Positions 1-13,780 of a stretch of DNA of 64,000 nt are shown piece after piece. The notes below the pieces were generated by a model. That model was not told where the DNA came from. It was given only the letters and a program-made list of their open reading frames with translations, and searched no databases. How positions within the stretch are numbered: the stretch's first letter is position 1; every line of letters starts with the position of its first letter. The position numbers were made by a program, and so were the translations under genes. This DNA comes from the human T2T-CHM13v2.0 reference genome, Homo sapiens. Where the stretch lies: the NCBI RefSeq assembly GCF_009914755.1, contig NC_060937.1; one strand, given 5' to 3'.

Positions 1-10
1 CACACAGATG

Positions 11-15
<5 letters not shown>

Positions 16-64
<49 letters not shown>
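16..64. repeat. (CA)n microsatellite preceded by a short (GC)n
   Basis: Directly visible CA run of ~24 units. Confidence 0.98.
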
Positions 65-67
<3 letters not shown>

Positions 68-1298
68 CCCCCTACTACAAGAATAGAAGATAGTTTCCCA
101 AATTTGCCTCACCCCAGGCAGTAATTTTTCCAGATACTGCATGTGAGTCTAGGATTGGGGTAACTTGTTCCTAGTTTGTCTCTATCAGCACCCAGGCCCT
201 GGGCCTGCCTTCTACTCATGCGGTAATAGAAGCTCTTGGCAAAGTCACACTGCACTGTTGTTGTCTGTTCTCCTTTTTCCTTATATCATCATTTATTATT
301 ATTTTAATAATGGTGCAATTATTTTTAATGTATAATCACAAAATGATAGTTTTTAATAATATCTCTTCAGTGAAACTTGTTATTCTTTTAAACATAAGTG
401 TAGATGATTCTCTCTTTAGAAATAATGAAATTGACTACAGTGGGATCTGCAAATAAATCTGAACAGACAGATACATAATGTAATGGTAAATTTCCGACTT
501 GTGTGGTTTTCATTAGTGCCAGCTTATAGGTGGTCTGTCATCTCTGCCTGGCAGAGTAGACCTCTGATGTAACCTCCGATGAAATCAGTCAAGCTTGTGG
601 ATTTGAGGTCATGGATGAGGACATTTTATTCTGCTAAATGAAAAGTGAATGAATGCAAGCAAAAATTGTTGAGACATTGGAGAAGTTATTGTTTTGTTTT
701 AAGCCAACTATCATTATTTTGTATCACAAAAACAGAAATAAATACAAATGCTTTGGGTTAAAAATACATATGAAAAGATATAGGCCTCTAATCTCAGATA
801 ATCAGACATATAGCTGGTTTTAAAGTTTAAAGCTCTTCTGATGAACATATATACATCTAGATACTTGAAATATTATGCGACTTTTTCACATATGCTTTCC
901 TTAGAGACTAGAATAAAGTCTGTAGTAATTCAAGTCAGTGCAAAAAGAGCAAAGAATTAGGATTTTGTACTATGTAACTGCCTAGACGACACTGGTTGGC
1001 AATTACTCTGCTGTGTCCCCAGTAACATTTTTTAGGCTGTTGCTGTGCCCTCGGGGTGATACTTTCCTTCCTAGAATTAGTCCTTTCTGCTTTGCTGAAA
1101 GTTTTCTGTCTACTCCAGGTTGAGTATAGATGAAAAGAATATTTTCTAGGACTCTGATCAGTAAGTCAGGATACAAATATACTCCAGTGTATTTTATTTT
1201 ATTTTTTTAGTACATGTGGTTCATGGGACCATCTCTCAGTAATTCCCAATATTTACATGGATCTTTGTCATTTTCACAGTCTGTTACTTACATAAAGT

Positions 1299-1467
1299 CA
1301 TTTAATCCTCACAACCATTCTAAGAGGTAGAAGCTATGCTATCCCTGCTTCACGGATAAAGAAACTGAGGCTGAGATGTCCCCTGGCTACACATCTGCAG
1401 AGTGGCAGTGCTAGGACATTCAAGTCCAGGTCTGTATGAGCCCAAAGCTGTATTAACCACTGCACTG
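1299..1467 (-). mobile_element. MIR SINE
   Basis: TCATTTAATCCTCACAAC...GAAACTGAGGCT...TTAACCACTGCACTG is the reverse complement of the MIR core. Confidence 0.85.
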
Positions 1468-1611
1468 TCTTTATGTATTTAAAACAAGAATTTTCAAGCT
1501 TTTAAAAACAGGTGAAGTCATTTCTTCAAAATCTAATAAATATCCAGAAAGATAAGCAAATACATTAAAAAAATGAGAACTGTTCCATTTTAAAACTTTT
1601 ATTTCCTATAT

Positions 1612-2520
1612 GAGTAGGTCAGGGTAGGCTTGTTTCGAAGGCAATATTTAGGTGAAGCTGACAGGAGGTAGCAGTGTAGGTGTCTGGGGAAGGGTGTTGC
1701 AGGCAGAAGGAACAACCACACAGGGATCTGGAGGCAGGAGCCAGCCAATCCTCTGGAAATATCAAAGGCCAGTGTGCTTGGCACAGAGTGAGCAGGAGAG
1801 GCTGGCGCAGAGTGAGCAGGAATTCAGAGAGGCTACAGGGAGCTAGATCACGTAGGACTGTGTTGCAGGCTGGGTTCTCTAGAAACAGACTCTGAGAGGG
1901 AATTGGGTGAGCAGGTCATTTTTTAGGGAGTGCTGTTGAAATGAAGACCTATGGAAGGGAGTGGAAGGAAGTAGGACAGAAACAGGTCGAGCTGCAATGC
2001 AGGCCCGGTAACAGTTTGAGGTGACCCCCACATGGAGCACTGTCCTGAGAGTGGCCTCTGGAGTTGTCCTGACTGGGGAGATACGTCTGGGCCTTTATGA
2101 CCCCGTGTGGCCCAGTCATTGGATATGGGCTGCCCTGGGAAGACTCTGTGACCTTGGATGAGGTGACTTCAGCTGAGGCAGTCCTGAACATGTTGACAGC
2201 TGTGGGCTGCCTGCCACCAGCTCCAGCAGCTGGGGTTAGGTCACCCTCAAGAGGATCTGGGTGGCTTATCATAGGGTCCAGCATGATCTTTAGGCCCCAG
2301 AAAGAGCTCTGGCTGTTCTTCTGGTGGAATGGAGAATCTCTGAATGGTTTTGTGAGTAGAGGAGTGAAATAAACTTTCCTCATGTAAGGACCACTGTGCC
2401 TGGCATTTTGAGACTAGAATGGGGAGAGATGAGACCAGGGAGAGGCTGCTGCAATCTGATGTGGCAGCCTGCATTGGAGTGACAAGAAGTGGTCAGTTCT
2501 AGACGTGTTTGGCTGCCAGA
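1612..2520 (-). mobile_element. L2 LINE fragment, split by an LTR16-like LTR
   Basis: GGGGAAGGGTGTTGCAGGCAGAAGGAACA and ATCACGTAGG|...TAGGCC are typical antisense L2 motifs on both sides of 1861-2283. Confidence 0.7.
1861..2283 (-). mobile_element. ERVL solo LTR, LTR16 family
   Basis: TGTTGCAGGCTGGGTTCTCTAGAAACAGACTCTGAGA start, GGGCCTTTATGACCCC and CAGCTGAGGCAG...GGATCTGGGTGG follow the recalled LTR16A-like consensus; TG...CA ends. Confidence 0.75.
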
Positions 2521-5500
2521 GCCAACAGACCTTCCCACCATGTAGAGTGTAGAGTGTGTGGGAGAAAGAGTCAGGGCTGAGCCACTGTGCATACATTTAG
2601 AGTCAACAGCTTAGAGATAGTTTGTGAAGCTCCCTCAGGGAACAAAAAGACTAGACAGAGAGTAAAACAAGGACTAGGCCCCGAGTCCTTAAGAGATCAC
2701 ATAAGGGTGTGTATACTGAGATGATTTTGAAGGTTCTGCACACTCTCCCCCACTCCAGTTATAAGAGTATCTGTTGACTCTGAACAACATGAATTTAATA
2801 CCGCAGTGGTTTTTGAACTGGTCAGTAGAGTTCCAAGGTTCCCAAAAGCTGCCTCTAGAGGCTTCTAGGAGACCGAGAGTTGTAAATGCAGCAGGAACCT
2901 TGGGGTAACAAATGAAAAAATGACTCCTCTGCTAAGAAAATATTTGAATATCATTACTAAGTTATTTTTAGGTAGAATATGTAAGGTGTCCTTTGAAAGA
3001 CAGCATTAGGACCAAACCAACCATACAATTCTATAAAGTTCCTCTTTCTCTATGTGCCAATCTGTCAAATGCAGTGTTCCAGATTCATTATTTTATTCTG
3101 TTTATAGCATTTACACCCAAAGTTTAACACCCAGCCACACACATCATGTCCCTCTTTTCCACTTCATTCGATTATCCACTTCATTCTTTTATTCTTTTGT
3201 CTTTTTGCTGCAGTTTCTCCATACTTTTTAGATCCAATTTTACAATAATTTAATTTCAAAAGATGTAATTAGAGTAGGCCTTTTCTACCTTACTTTTTTC
3301 TTTTTTTTTGGACTGGGAATTGATTTGTTAACTTCCATCCAAGGGAGTTATACTGTGAATTTTCGCACCTTTTTATCTGGCTTTTTGACAAGTTAGACTA
3401 TGTTATTAAAAACCTTGGTCCAATTCTTTCAGTAACTTTCTGGATTTCCAATAGAATGAACTTAACTGATTGTCAAGGTTTTAATATAGGTTAATGCAGA
3501 ATAGCTATCACTCCACAGAAGACACCCCAACCTGCAGGAGATTCTCTGCAGCTTAAAATTACACACAGGTAACCTTGAGAGTTCTGTTCCCTAGACCGTA
3601 TCGACTGCCTTTGGAAACTAAGTACTGCACCAAAACCTTCTATCTTGGAATGTAATGATACAGCCTCTTTTATTTGTACCAATTTTTGTCTACCAGAATT
3701 TATAAAAAAAGTTTTTTTCATTCCGTATTCATACTCTGTTCCCTTTCTTTTGGATAAAGAATTGGTGACATTGGGTAACTTCCTAACATATCTGCAGCCA
3801 AATAGGATGCTCATTATATTGTGGAAGAGATGAAGCATAACAGAATGGACTGTTCCTTTTCTTCATTAAGGCCTCAGAGTCTAGGAGCTTGGCCTTCTCA
3901 GTGAAAGCCTGGTCTATATAGACAGAGACCATGTCTCATTTGTTTAGGTAGCACCATTTGCACATGAGCAGACAAATAATTTCTAAATATCATTTGGAAG
4001 TGAAACACATCTACTGAGTAGAATTTTGATACAAGAAGAGATTTGCAGGTATTAAATTGGAAAACTAGCTGGTGACCTTGGGTTGTAGATATAAAAGAAT
4101 TAAAGTCAACCCTAAGTAAATCAGACAAGTAAGCTTATTGATAAGACTAAAATAAATTTAATATACTGTGCTTCTTCCTACTTCATTTTAATTTAGTTTT
4201 CATGGAAATCTGTAGGTGAAGAAAATAAAAATGGTCAAAAATATGTTTTTTTAAGTCATAAATAAATTATAAGGCCATAATAGGAAATAAAATTGGGAAT
4301 GGAGCAAGTGAATAATTTGTAGAAGTGTTAATAGGAATACAGGCACAGCAAAATTTAAAAATTATAGACATTTGTGTTAGTGTGCATGTGTGTGGACCCA
4401 GTTCCTTCTATCTTCCTTATGAAGCCTGGAAGTGGTTTGTGAATGAGTTCCACACCCAGGTATCACCGTGTTTGAGTTTGTGATGTGAAATTAAGTCTAG
4501 GATATTACCTGCAAGTCCAGTGTCAATATTTGCTTTGCTTTCAAGTTCCACACAAAATCAAAGACAGCGTTCTGTATAATTATACTGTAGTATTAACGGG
4601 ATAGTTGTGTCTTAGGTGCCTTGGTTAGCATCAATTAGTTCTGCAGTCATATTAACTCCTTTTTGAAGGATTCCTGAGCTAGACATTTGTGTTTACTCAG
4701 GTCGCATATGGCTGTGTAGTACTTAGATTGCTGGGCATACACTGTTGACTGCTTATTCTATTGAACTAACCTTTGGTCTCTATCATAAGCAATGCTTTTA
4801 CTCTCAAAAATCCTGCTCAAAGGCAGGATTTTTCCTCTCTGTTCTTTGTTTGTTTCTTTGTTTCTAAGGCAATTGTCTTTTCCTGAAATCCAATCAAGTT
4901 TTAGAATTGGCATTTACCATCAAGCAATTTCAAGGGATTACTAAAAGCAATAACAGATATCCAGGTCAGTTTTGTGATAAATGGTATTAATGGAAAAAAC
5001 ATAGAAAAATATTGAATATCTTCTGCCAACCACGAACACTTTATCAAACCAAAAAATATTGCTTGGTGTTTCAAACAAAAGCACAAACAGAATAAGATTA
5101 AAATATGCCATTAAAAATATTTTAATAGCCGGGCATTATTTCATGAAGCTACAAATATAAGTATAAAATTTTTAAAGTGACTTATTTGGCAAATGCTAGA
5201 TTTTGTAGTTTAGGTTTTGAAAGTTTCTATATTCTCATTGTCCATAGTCTGTAATGCCTATACTCTTTGTTTTAATTTTAAATTACCTCCACTGGATTTT
5301 TTTTTTTTTTATTTTTAGTGTCATGATTTAATTTGGGTGTTCTTATCTAGTGCCATGATTTAATTTGGGCTTCTTATCTACTTCTGTGTTTTATTTGTTA
5401 GTAGAGTATAAATCATAATGGCAAAGGTTGTCTCTTTGTCACAAACCATCATAAATAAGCCCAAAGGACAGGCCATAAAAATGTAAGAAATTCTTAGATT

Positions 5501-5930
5501 AAAAAACATGAGTAATGCTTCTACCTACCTGGCATGCAGAGGTAAAAGTACAGTTGGCAACTGGTAAATTATTAACACTTTTCTACCAAGGATTTCCTTA
5601 TTCCTTAGTATCTCTGTGATTAATAGATAGTCAATTTAAGAATTAGAAGATGTAAAACATAATAAACACATTTTGTAATCACGTATTGGAAAGAAATTAA
5701 GGAAACATTTTGTGCAACATTCAAGGGGTCAGGGGAACAAAGTACTAGAACTCTTGGAAACAGATTTCATATTTTTTTAAGAAATAATTCAAGGAGGCTT
5801 AAAGGGAATTATAAGAATGCAACTATTAATTAATGCATAATAAATAGTTGAATAAAGAATAAGTAATGCAACTACCTTTTACTTTCCTTGAATTTTAGTT
5901 TTTCTTCTTTTGGAAGCCTCTAATGGTTGT

Positions 5931-6290
5931 CATTCATTCATTTATTTATTCAGTATTTACTGAAAACCCACAATGTGCCAAGCAGGGGCTGCAGACACAA
6001 TAGTGAATAGACAGACAGAGCCAGTCCTCACGGAGGCCATGAGCCCAGTGCAGATGGGCAGAGGCAGAACTGGGGATGGCCTGGTAGGGGGAATACATGA
6101 AAACCAATCAGTGCTAGGTGTCCTGGTAGGGGGAGCTTAACCCACAACCAGGGCACAGTGAGGGCTTCTGAGGGAAGGTTTAGCTGGGTGAAGGAGATGG
6201 AGGTGAGGGCAGAGAGGAGAGACGGGACATGTCCTAGGCAGAAGGAAGTGTGTGTGCTAAGCTTTGGGGGCAAATAGGAGTGACTTGTTC
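5931..6290 (-). mobile_element. L2 3' end
   Basis: CATTCATTCATTTATTTATTCAGTATTTACTGA...ATGTGCCAAGC is the antisense L2 tail. Confidence 0.75.
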
Positions 6291-6399
6291 TGATGACTCG
6301 CTGGAAAGACTGTAGCTTCTACGAACCTTTGCTGAAGTAATAACCATTATTAGTGGAATAGTCACTGCTTTCAGGACTGTTTTTAGAGATTTCCAATAT

Positions 6400-6560
6400 A
6401 GCATCTCACTGAATCATCCTGACAACCCTAGCGGCATTAACCCAATTTATATATGAAGATGTGGCTCCACAGAAATAAGCCTCCTCCCATGTTACACATG
6501 GGTGGCAGTTGTTGGGATGGGAACCTCTGTCTCTACGGCACCAAAGCTTGTGCTGTTTAC
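6400..6560 (-). mobile_element. MIR fragment
   Basis: AATCATCCTGACAACCCT...ATGAAGATGTGGCTCCACAGAAATAAG...CCAAAGCTTGTGCT. Confidence 0.6.
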
Positions 6561-6989
6561 AGAGTATGGCCTTGTGTAAGTTTTCCACTCTGAGCCCTGC
6601 AAGGAAATCTCGAATTTTAATTTTATTCTAGCTAATTTGGAGCTATCCAGTTTCGTAAACCTTGTCTTCGTTTGCCACCTGAGCACAAATTAGCTTAAGT
6701 GGGCTACTCTTGAGATGAGCCTGCAGAAATGTACTCCTGTTCATAATATGTCTCCAAGAGTAGAATTTTATGAATCCACATACATACCCAGCAAAGACTT
6801 CACTAAGTTTTTCTTTGCAAGGAATATTGAGCACGTATTAGAGCGATTAATTTAAAGGTGTATGTTGATCTTAAAACACTAATGTGGGAAGCGAAAGATC
6901 GTATTATATAAAGGAGATGCTGAGGTGGAAGCAAATGCTGTTCTTTTGCTTGGGCAACGGCTCAGGAAGAATGAAATGAATGAAATGCG

Positions 6990-7008
6990 GGCTGCCCTCT
7001 GGTGACTT
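6990..7008 (-). promoter_or_regulatory. Candidate CTCF site
   Basis: Minus strand reads AAGTCACCAGAGGGCAGCC, close to the CTCF core CCACCAGRKGGCRS. Confidence 0.55.
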
Positions 7009-8536
7009 TTCAGCAGAGAAGGCCAAGGGGGTGGGGATGAACTTTAAAACCTCATCTGATCTGTTTGTGGCCATATTCTGTGAACGGTGCTGATGTTTAT
7101 AGGTCTGTTACTAGGCGGGAACTCTCCCTGAATCAGCAGAGTTAAGCCATGGGGTGATGTGAGAACACCAGTTCTTGGAAACCACCTTTCAGCAATCTTT
7201 CAACGGGAGGGCCCGCATGGACTCAGGCAGCACAGCCTTCCAATGCCAAAGACCAGGCCGTAGGGACCTAGTGGGAGAATGGAAGGACACCGATATCTTT
7301 GGCAGCAAAGTGCTTGTCTAAGTGGAAATGGCCTTTGGTGCCTGTTAGCCTGAGGTTGGCCAGGCACCTCTGTCCCCGGAGGGCGATATTGCAGAGTAAG
7401 CTGCAAGCCCTGGCTGGAGGACTCCGACAGGTGACAGGATGTAAGCTGATGCAGGAGCAGGGTGGTAGGTGAGGGGTGGTGGTGGGGGGTGGCTCGGAGA
7501 GCTGCCACGATGTCAGAGTCTGTCCTGTGAGCACGAGGTGCAGAGGACGGTGCTGACTGCCACAGGAGAGCAGAGGCAAGGCAGCCACTGAATGTTCCAG
7601 AATGGAGAGGAGGGAAAACGTTGTGTTTAAAACTTCTTGTGGGAAATGGCTACCCGGCACAGGCACAACTTCAAAAGCAGGATGGTAGAAATGGAAACCC
7701 GAGGGAGAGACTCCAAGGTTATTGAGGAAAAGAATCACAAGATGTTTTTCTCTGATCGTCTCTTTATTGTCCTCGTTCCTGGTTGAATTTTGAGCTGACC
7801 AGCAGAGCCTGAAGTCTGCCGATTGTCGTCTCTACGAAGCAGATGACTGAATACGGAGTTTGATAAATGCAAGAAGTCAAAGCCAACATCTGAAGAAATT
7901 TCAGCTGGGATGCTGATGCAGTCTCTCTTAGACGAAATGCTTGCTTTGCTTCTATTTCATGCTCCTACCAAGCAGGTGAAATTCTAAGGATTTAGATACC
8001 ATTACCCTAGAGATCCCAGAATAAAATTCGAGTATGAAATTACAGATGATCGCCACTGGGAGGCCCCAGTGATCTGCAAAATGAACTTTTCCTTCTGGAT
8101 AAATAAGTGAAAATAAAAGACATGATTTAAGCAAGTGAATTGAATTATAAAAGATGATATGCAAATGCATCAAAAGCGGCAAAGGGTAAATACACAACAA
8201 TGTAATGTGATAAACGTGTGGTGTTGTCTTCTTTAATTAGACATTGTTTAAATTCCACCCCTTGCCTGCGCACTATGCACACGTTATAAAATACATTCTC
8301 CAAGTAGAGGAGAAATGGGGGCTGGTTTCTAGTTCTTTGAACGCCGTACAGGTGTTCGTTGGTGTGTGGTGAGGCGGAAGGGGTGACGAGGGAGGAGAGG
8401 GAAGAGGATGCCAGTGTAAGGGAATGAAGACAGGGAGCAAGCAGAGAGGACACTGGGGTGGGAAGAGAGGTTTTGCTTCTTACAGCCTAAGAGGAAATGT
8501 CTGATCGGACTTGCCAGATTTCCATTTCTTGTAATC

Positions 8537-8720
8537 TAGTGGTTCTCAAACCTGAGGGTGCATCTGAATCACCTGGAGGTTTTGTCAAAACACAGGTTGC
8601 TGAACCCCAACCCCAGAGTTTCTGATTCAGTGATTTGGAATGCGGCCCAAAGATTTGTGTTTCTAAGTTCCTGGTGATGCTGATGCTCCTGGTCTGGGAA
8701 CCAGACTTTGAGACACACTG
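8537..8720. mobile_element. MER5A (hAT-Charlie MITE)
   Basis: TAGTGGTTCTCAAAC...GAATCACCTGGAG...TTTCTGATTCAGT...CTTTGAGACACACTG with terminal inverted repeats. Confidence 0.88.
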
Positions 8721-9524
8721 TGTGGCTGTACACTACGTCTCCATCTTCAGAGATCATCATTTGAGACTGGGGCACGTTGGTACGAAAGGGAGATGCTTCC
8801 ACCTACCTGCTCCACTGTGTCCTCCACTCATTTCATCTGCTGTGTCTGATGATTCACATCTCTAAAATGCACCTCTTTCTGGAAAGAACACCTCCCCAAG
8901 AGGCCTTCTATGAACCACCTGGGCAAATTCCTCTAGGCTCCATCCTTCCCAAGTTCTTGCAAGATTGCATGATACAGGCTACCATTTTTGCATGCACTTA
9001 ATATTCTTTATGTGCCACGTATGCCCATTTGAGTCTAACACTTTAAGCATAGTTATAGTCTATGGAGTGAAGACGAAGTGAGAAAAATTGTGCAGAGCTT
9101 ATTTGACAGCCAGAGACTAAGGGGATATTTCTTAAAATTATAGTTTGGGGACTTTGAATATGAGACGTGTGTCAGCTATTAAAGAACAGAGAGTGACAGT
9201 GTTTAATTTTATTGCTACAGTGTGTAATAGCTCCAAATTCAGACAGGCTCTTAATTAAAAATGTGCTCCTAGTACCAGAGATTGGATTCCCAACCTTTAT
9301 ATGGTCTTCAGAGGTATGATTCTGATATACACGAACAGTGACAATGTTGAGTGTGGGATTTATGGGGTACAGAGGAGTTTGTAAGGGATGGGGGAGCATG
9401 GTGGGGGAAGCTCAGTCAGAGTTTTTGATTTCATCATTGTAGGGGTGTACCTGGGCATGCACCTTGTTTTCACCCACCTTCACCACTTGCCGGATAAGCT
9501 AGAAGATGATTGGCATTGGTGAGA

Positions 9525-9865
<341 letters not shown>

Positions 9866-10089
9866 TAGTATTTTTTCTCTTCAAATTTGGGATGAATTCA
9901 GGGCATATTCTTCCATGAAACTGGCATCATAATACCTCCAACTAGATAATCTCCATTAAGTAATTTAAAAAACTGAAATTCATTATTATCATTGTAAAAA
10001 AAATTTTAAAATAAATTAAGAATTTTGACAGTGAAAGTGAAGGGAGGTGTTCATTCACTCTTTCCTACTATGAAGGGATGGTCATCACA

Positions 10090-10303
10090 GTGAAATATAC
10101 CAGCCTGAAGCAGTGGTTCCCAACCTTGGCTCCCGAGTGGACCCTCGTGGGAAGCTTTATGGAAATTCTGTTTCTCTGGTTCTGCCTTAATCCGTTGAAT
10201 TTAGAACCATCAGGAGTGGGGATGGGTGTATTTTGGTGCAGAAATCTGTGTTTTTAAAATGCTCTCCACAGGATTTTGTTGGCCATTTTTTTGGGAAATA
10301 TTG
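10090..10303. mobile_element. MER5-family hAT MITE, degenerate
   Basis: CAGTGGTTCCCAACCTTGGCT...CTGTGTTTTTAAAATGCTCTCCACAGGATT...TTTGGGAAATATTG. Confidence 0.6.
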
Positions 10304-10949
10304 GTGAGGTGAATTTGGCTAAATGCCAAGACTTTCTCTCTTTGGCTCTTCCTGTACTCTTCATGGCTTGTGATTTACTGAACCACTTATGAATTCAAGT
10401 TTTCTCATTGCACGTAATTGCTAAGTAGAGAATTTTCCACATGAAAGACTCCAACTGTATTGAAACCAACCTCAGCTATGTCCTAGGAAACATTTCCCCT
10501 AGAGCTCAGTCAATACAGAGTAATTGCTTTTGGAGGAAAGAAAACATACTACCTCACCTCAGCACTAGAATATTAATTGATCTAATCAATAGAAATTGGA
10601 ATATTCCAATGTTAAACACAAACTACACCCTTTGCCCAATGAACCACAACACCGCCATTTTCCAAGAATCCGAATAGTTCAGCCTCACAGAAAAGGGCTC
10701 TGCTTTTCACCAAGCAGTGTTCAGGGGTTCTCTAGAAAGGAAGTCTTAGCAGGGAGTGACAGTGTCTCAAGCTAAAGTGAAAAGCTGAGAGTGACTGCAT
10801 AGATCTCCAGGGAGAATACTCCCAGGTTCTCAGTGCTGTCATGACCGGGTCCACTCAGCCACATTTATTATTTCCACTCTTAGTCCGCATCGGTAAATTG
10901 GATGGAGGACAGAAAACTAACAATAAAGCCTCACAACATAAGAAAATAG

Positions 10950-11072
10950 ATAGATTACATAAAAATAGCTGGATTACATAGGTATGTGTAAAGAGTACAT
11001 GTGTCTCTCTGTATTATTTCTTATAACAGCACGTGAATTTACTACTATCTCAAAACAAAACATTTAAAAAAA
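10950..11072 (+). mobile_element. Old L1M 3'-end fragment
   Basis: TCTCTGTATTATTTCTTATAACAGCACGTGAATTTACTACTATCTCAAAA followed by an A-rich tail. Confidence 0.55.
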
Positions 11073-11279
11073 GAGTTGTGTGTTCAGATGTATTTATGTA
11101 TTTGCTTATGGACTATGCATAAAAAACTTTTGTGTCCCTCCCCTTCCCCATCCATCTTCCTCTATGTGTATATTTCTAGTACGTTTTGGGGCATGTGGAA
11201 AGTATTCAAACAGTACAGGGAAAAAGCACATTCCAACCTCATGTTGTAGGGATGTGGTAGGCATGATGTCTGATAACAA

Positions 11280-11690
11280 CTGCCCTATATTAAGGGGTTT
11301 CTTCGAGCCAGGAACTTTGCCTAGTTCTTTATGTTTATTATCCTGAGGATAGGGATTGGGGAGAAATGGGGAATGACAGCTGCTGGGTACAGAGTTTTTG
11401 TGGGGAGTGATGAAAATGTTTTGGAATTAGTGGTATTGGTTGTGCAATGCTATGAATATACTGAAAACCACTGAATTGTACACTTTAAATACATGGCTTG
11501 TATGAATGTGAAAAAAAATCCTTACAACAGTCTTATGAGCTAAACACTATTATCCCATTTTACTGATGAAGAAATTAAAGCTTATTGAGGTTAAGGGACT
11601 TGCATAGGTCACATCAGGTTTTAAATGGTAGAGGAGGGATTTGAACCTAAGCCTAACATTGAAGTTTATGCTTTCACAGTTTTAGCAATC
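11280..11690 (-). mobile_element. MIR interrupted by an L1MB fragment
   Basis: GCCAGGAACTTTGCCTAGTTCTTTATG|...|ATCCTTACAACAG...CCCATTTTACTGATGAAGAAATT...GATTTGAACCTA. Confidence 0.75.
11345..11518 (+). mobile_element. L1MB/ME 3' end
   Basis: GGGTACAGAGTTTTTG...TGATGAAAATGTTTTGGAATTAG...AAAACCACTGAATTGTACACTTTAAA. Confidence 0.85.
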
Positions 11691-11854
11691 TGTAAGGTAA
11701 TGGGGATCATATCTGCTGGCATCAAATCAAGTGTTTCTGACTTAACCAGTTGCTTTAGAAGAAACTCTTGGTTCCAGAATGACTCAAAATTCTCATGCAA
11801 AAAATGTGTTTAAGTATAGTATGTTATGAGTTAACCAAATATACAGACTATTAG

Positions 11855-12300
11855 GAACCTAGAATTTAAAGCTACCTTAAAGGTTAGGAGTCCAATCTCT
11901 TATTTAGTACAAAAGTATTGGTAGCAGATGGTGAATGGGAATTCTTTCAGGAAAGTGACACTTCTCTTTGACAAAACAGTGTATTCTAATTATGAGAAAG
12001 CACTTCCTTATATGGAGCTGAAATCTGCTTACCTCTTACAACCAACAAAAAATAAGCCTTTTTCCATGCAAAACGAACCTTTTCTATGAAATTGCAATGA
12101 GAAGAGTATAAGACAGTCTTTTTTTTTTTTTTCAGGCTAAACATCACCAGTTCTTTTTCAATCATTTGTCATTTGAAGTTACTTTCACAGTCTTGATTAC
12201 ACCCTTTGGACATACTCCAATTACTCAATATTGCCTCTTAAATTGTGGTCTCCAAAGCTTGAGGCAATGGTGTAGACGTGATCTGACCAAGATGGGAAGC
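11855..12300 (-). mobile_element. L3/CR1 LINE fragment
   Basis: TTCCTTATATGGAGCTGAAATCTGC, CAGGCTAAACATCACCAGTTC and TGGACATACTCCAATT...CTCTTAAATTGTGG...TCTGACCA follow the recalled antisense L3 ORF2 3' region. Confidence 0.72.
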
Positions 12301-13453
12301 ATGCTTTCTGAACATTCTTAATACCTCAGTAAGGGGATGTAGGCATTTCATAGATATGGTAGGAACCAAGAAGTGTTCCTTCCAGGAATCTGACTTTAGT
12401 TGGTTCATAGGAAATATAGTATTGGAACACATTGGTGTACCAATGTGGATCCACCCAGGGTGATTATAATATGTGGGATTTCCCATGGAAATTTTTGCCC
12501 TTTGTAAACCCAAAGAGTTATTTGCTTTGCAAGATCAGAGTCCAATGCTTCACTTTTGGTAACTGATGAAATTACTCAAATCTATGCACGGGCTGAGTAA
12601 CAGGTAAGAGGGAGTGGTCATCTACCAGTAGCTGAGAAGTCGTCGGCACCCACCTGAATTTGGCTCCTGGATGAAGGGTCAAGAAGGTATATGACCTTTA
12701 TATGTGGCATTAGGCATTTTTTATGTATATGTAGATTCATTTAGGGATTTTGAAAGCCACATTCAATATTTTCTTAAAACCATTATGTTTTCTTCAGAAA
12801 GCTCAAGTAAAGTCATAACAATAAATGTGCTTTGGAACTTGCCTTTTAAAAAAGATCTTAGCCTTCAACACAGACTGATCATTTCAAAATAGCACAGAGC
12901 CAAAGACAACCGTGTTGACCTTTAGAGTTGGCATATTTGTGCCCACTTTTTATTTGAGTTGAATTTCCTAGGTCTGTTTACGTTTTGCTATTGAAACATA
13001 CATAAACTATAATACTGGTGTAATAATATTATACTTCTCACATTTTTTAAAAGATTAAGAAAAAATTGGTATGCTTCAGTCTGCCTGGTTAGCAGAAGAA
13101 TATTACGTTGGTCTTATTAGGGCTCTACTCTTCGAATTGTTCAAGAACTTTAGACGCTTGCTTGGTCTTGAAAAAAAAAAATGATGGAGGAGTCTTCATC
13201 CAGGGCAGTTGATACTGTTACTGTCATGCAGGCAATGCTCTTTGGCTATGTGTAGGGCACTGATTCTCCCTATGGACAACAGAGATCACCCACTCTGGTT
13301 GGGAACCATAGGAGCCCTCATCCTTGTTCACAGGGCCTGTGTTCAGTGCCTAGCCCCTGTAGTTACTGATCATAGCCATATTTCTACTGACAATGTAGTT
13401 TCCAAGCAGAGCATAGGCTCCCATATCTCTAGAAAAAGATTTTTATTTTTTAA

Positions 13454-13780
<327 letters not shown>

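Noticed and set aside
1949-2383. 144-aa ORF
   Set aside because: Lies within LTR16/L2 repeat sequence
7370-7388. Second CTCF-like motif CTGTCCCCGGAGGGCGATA
   Set aside because: Several mismatches at informative core positions
7200-7738. 102-aa and 156-aa minus-strand ORFs
   Set aside because: No recognisable domain or exon structure; expected in a locally GC-rich, stop-poor region
12601-12609. Strong splice donor CAG|GTAAGA (another at ~61146)
   Set aside because: No convincing paired acceptor or coding frame; such 9-mers are expected in 64 kb
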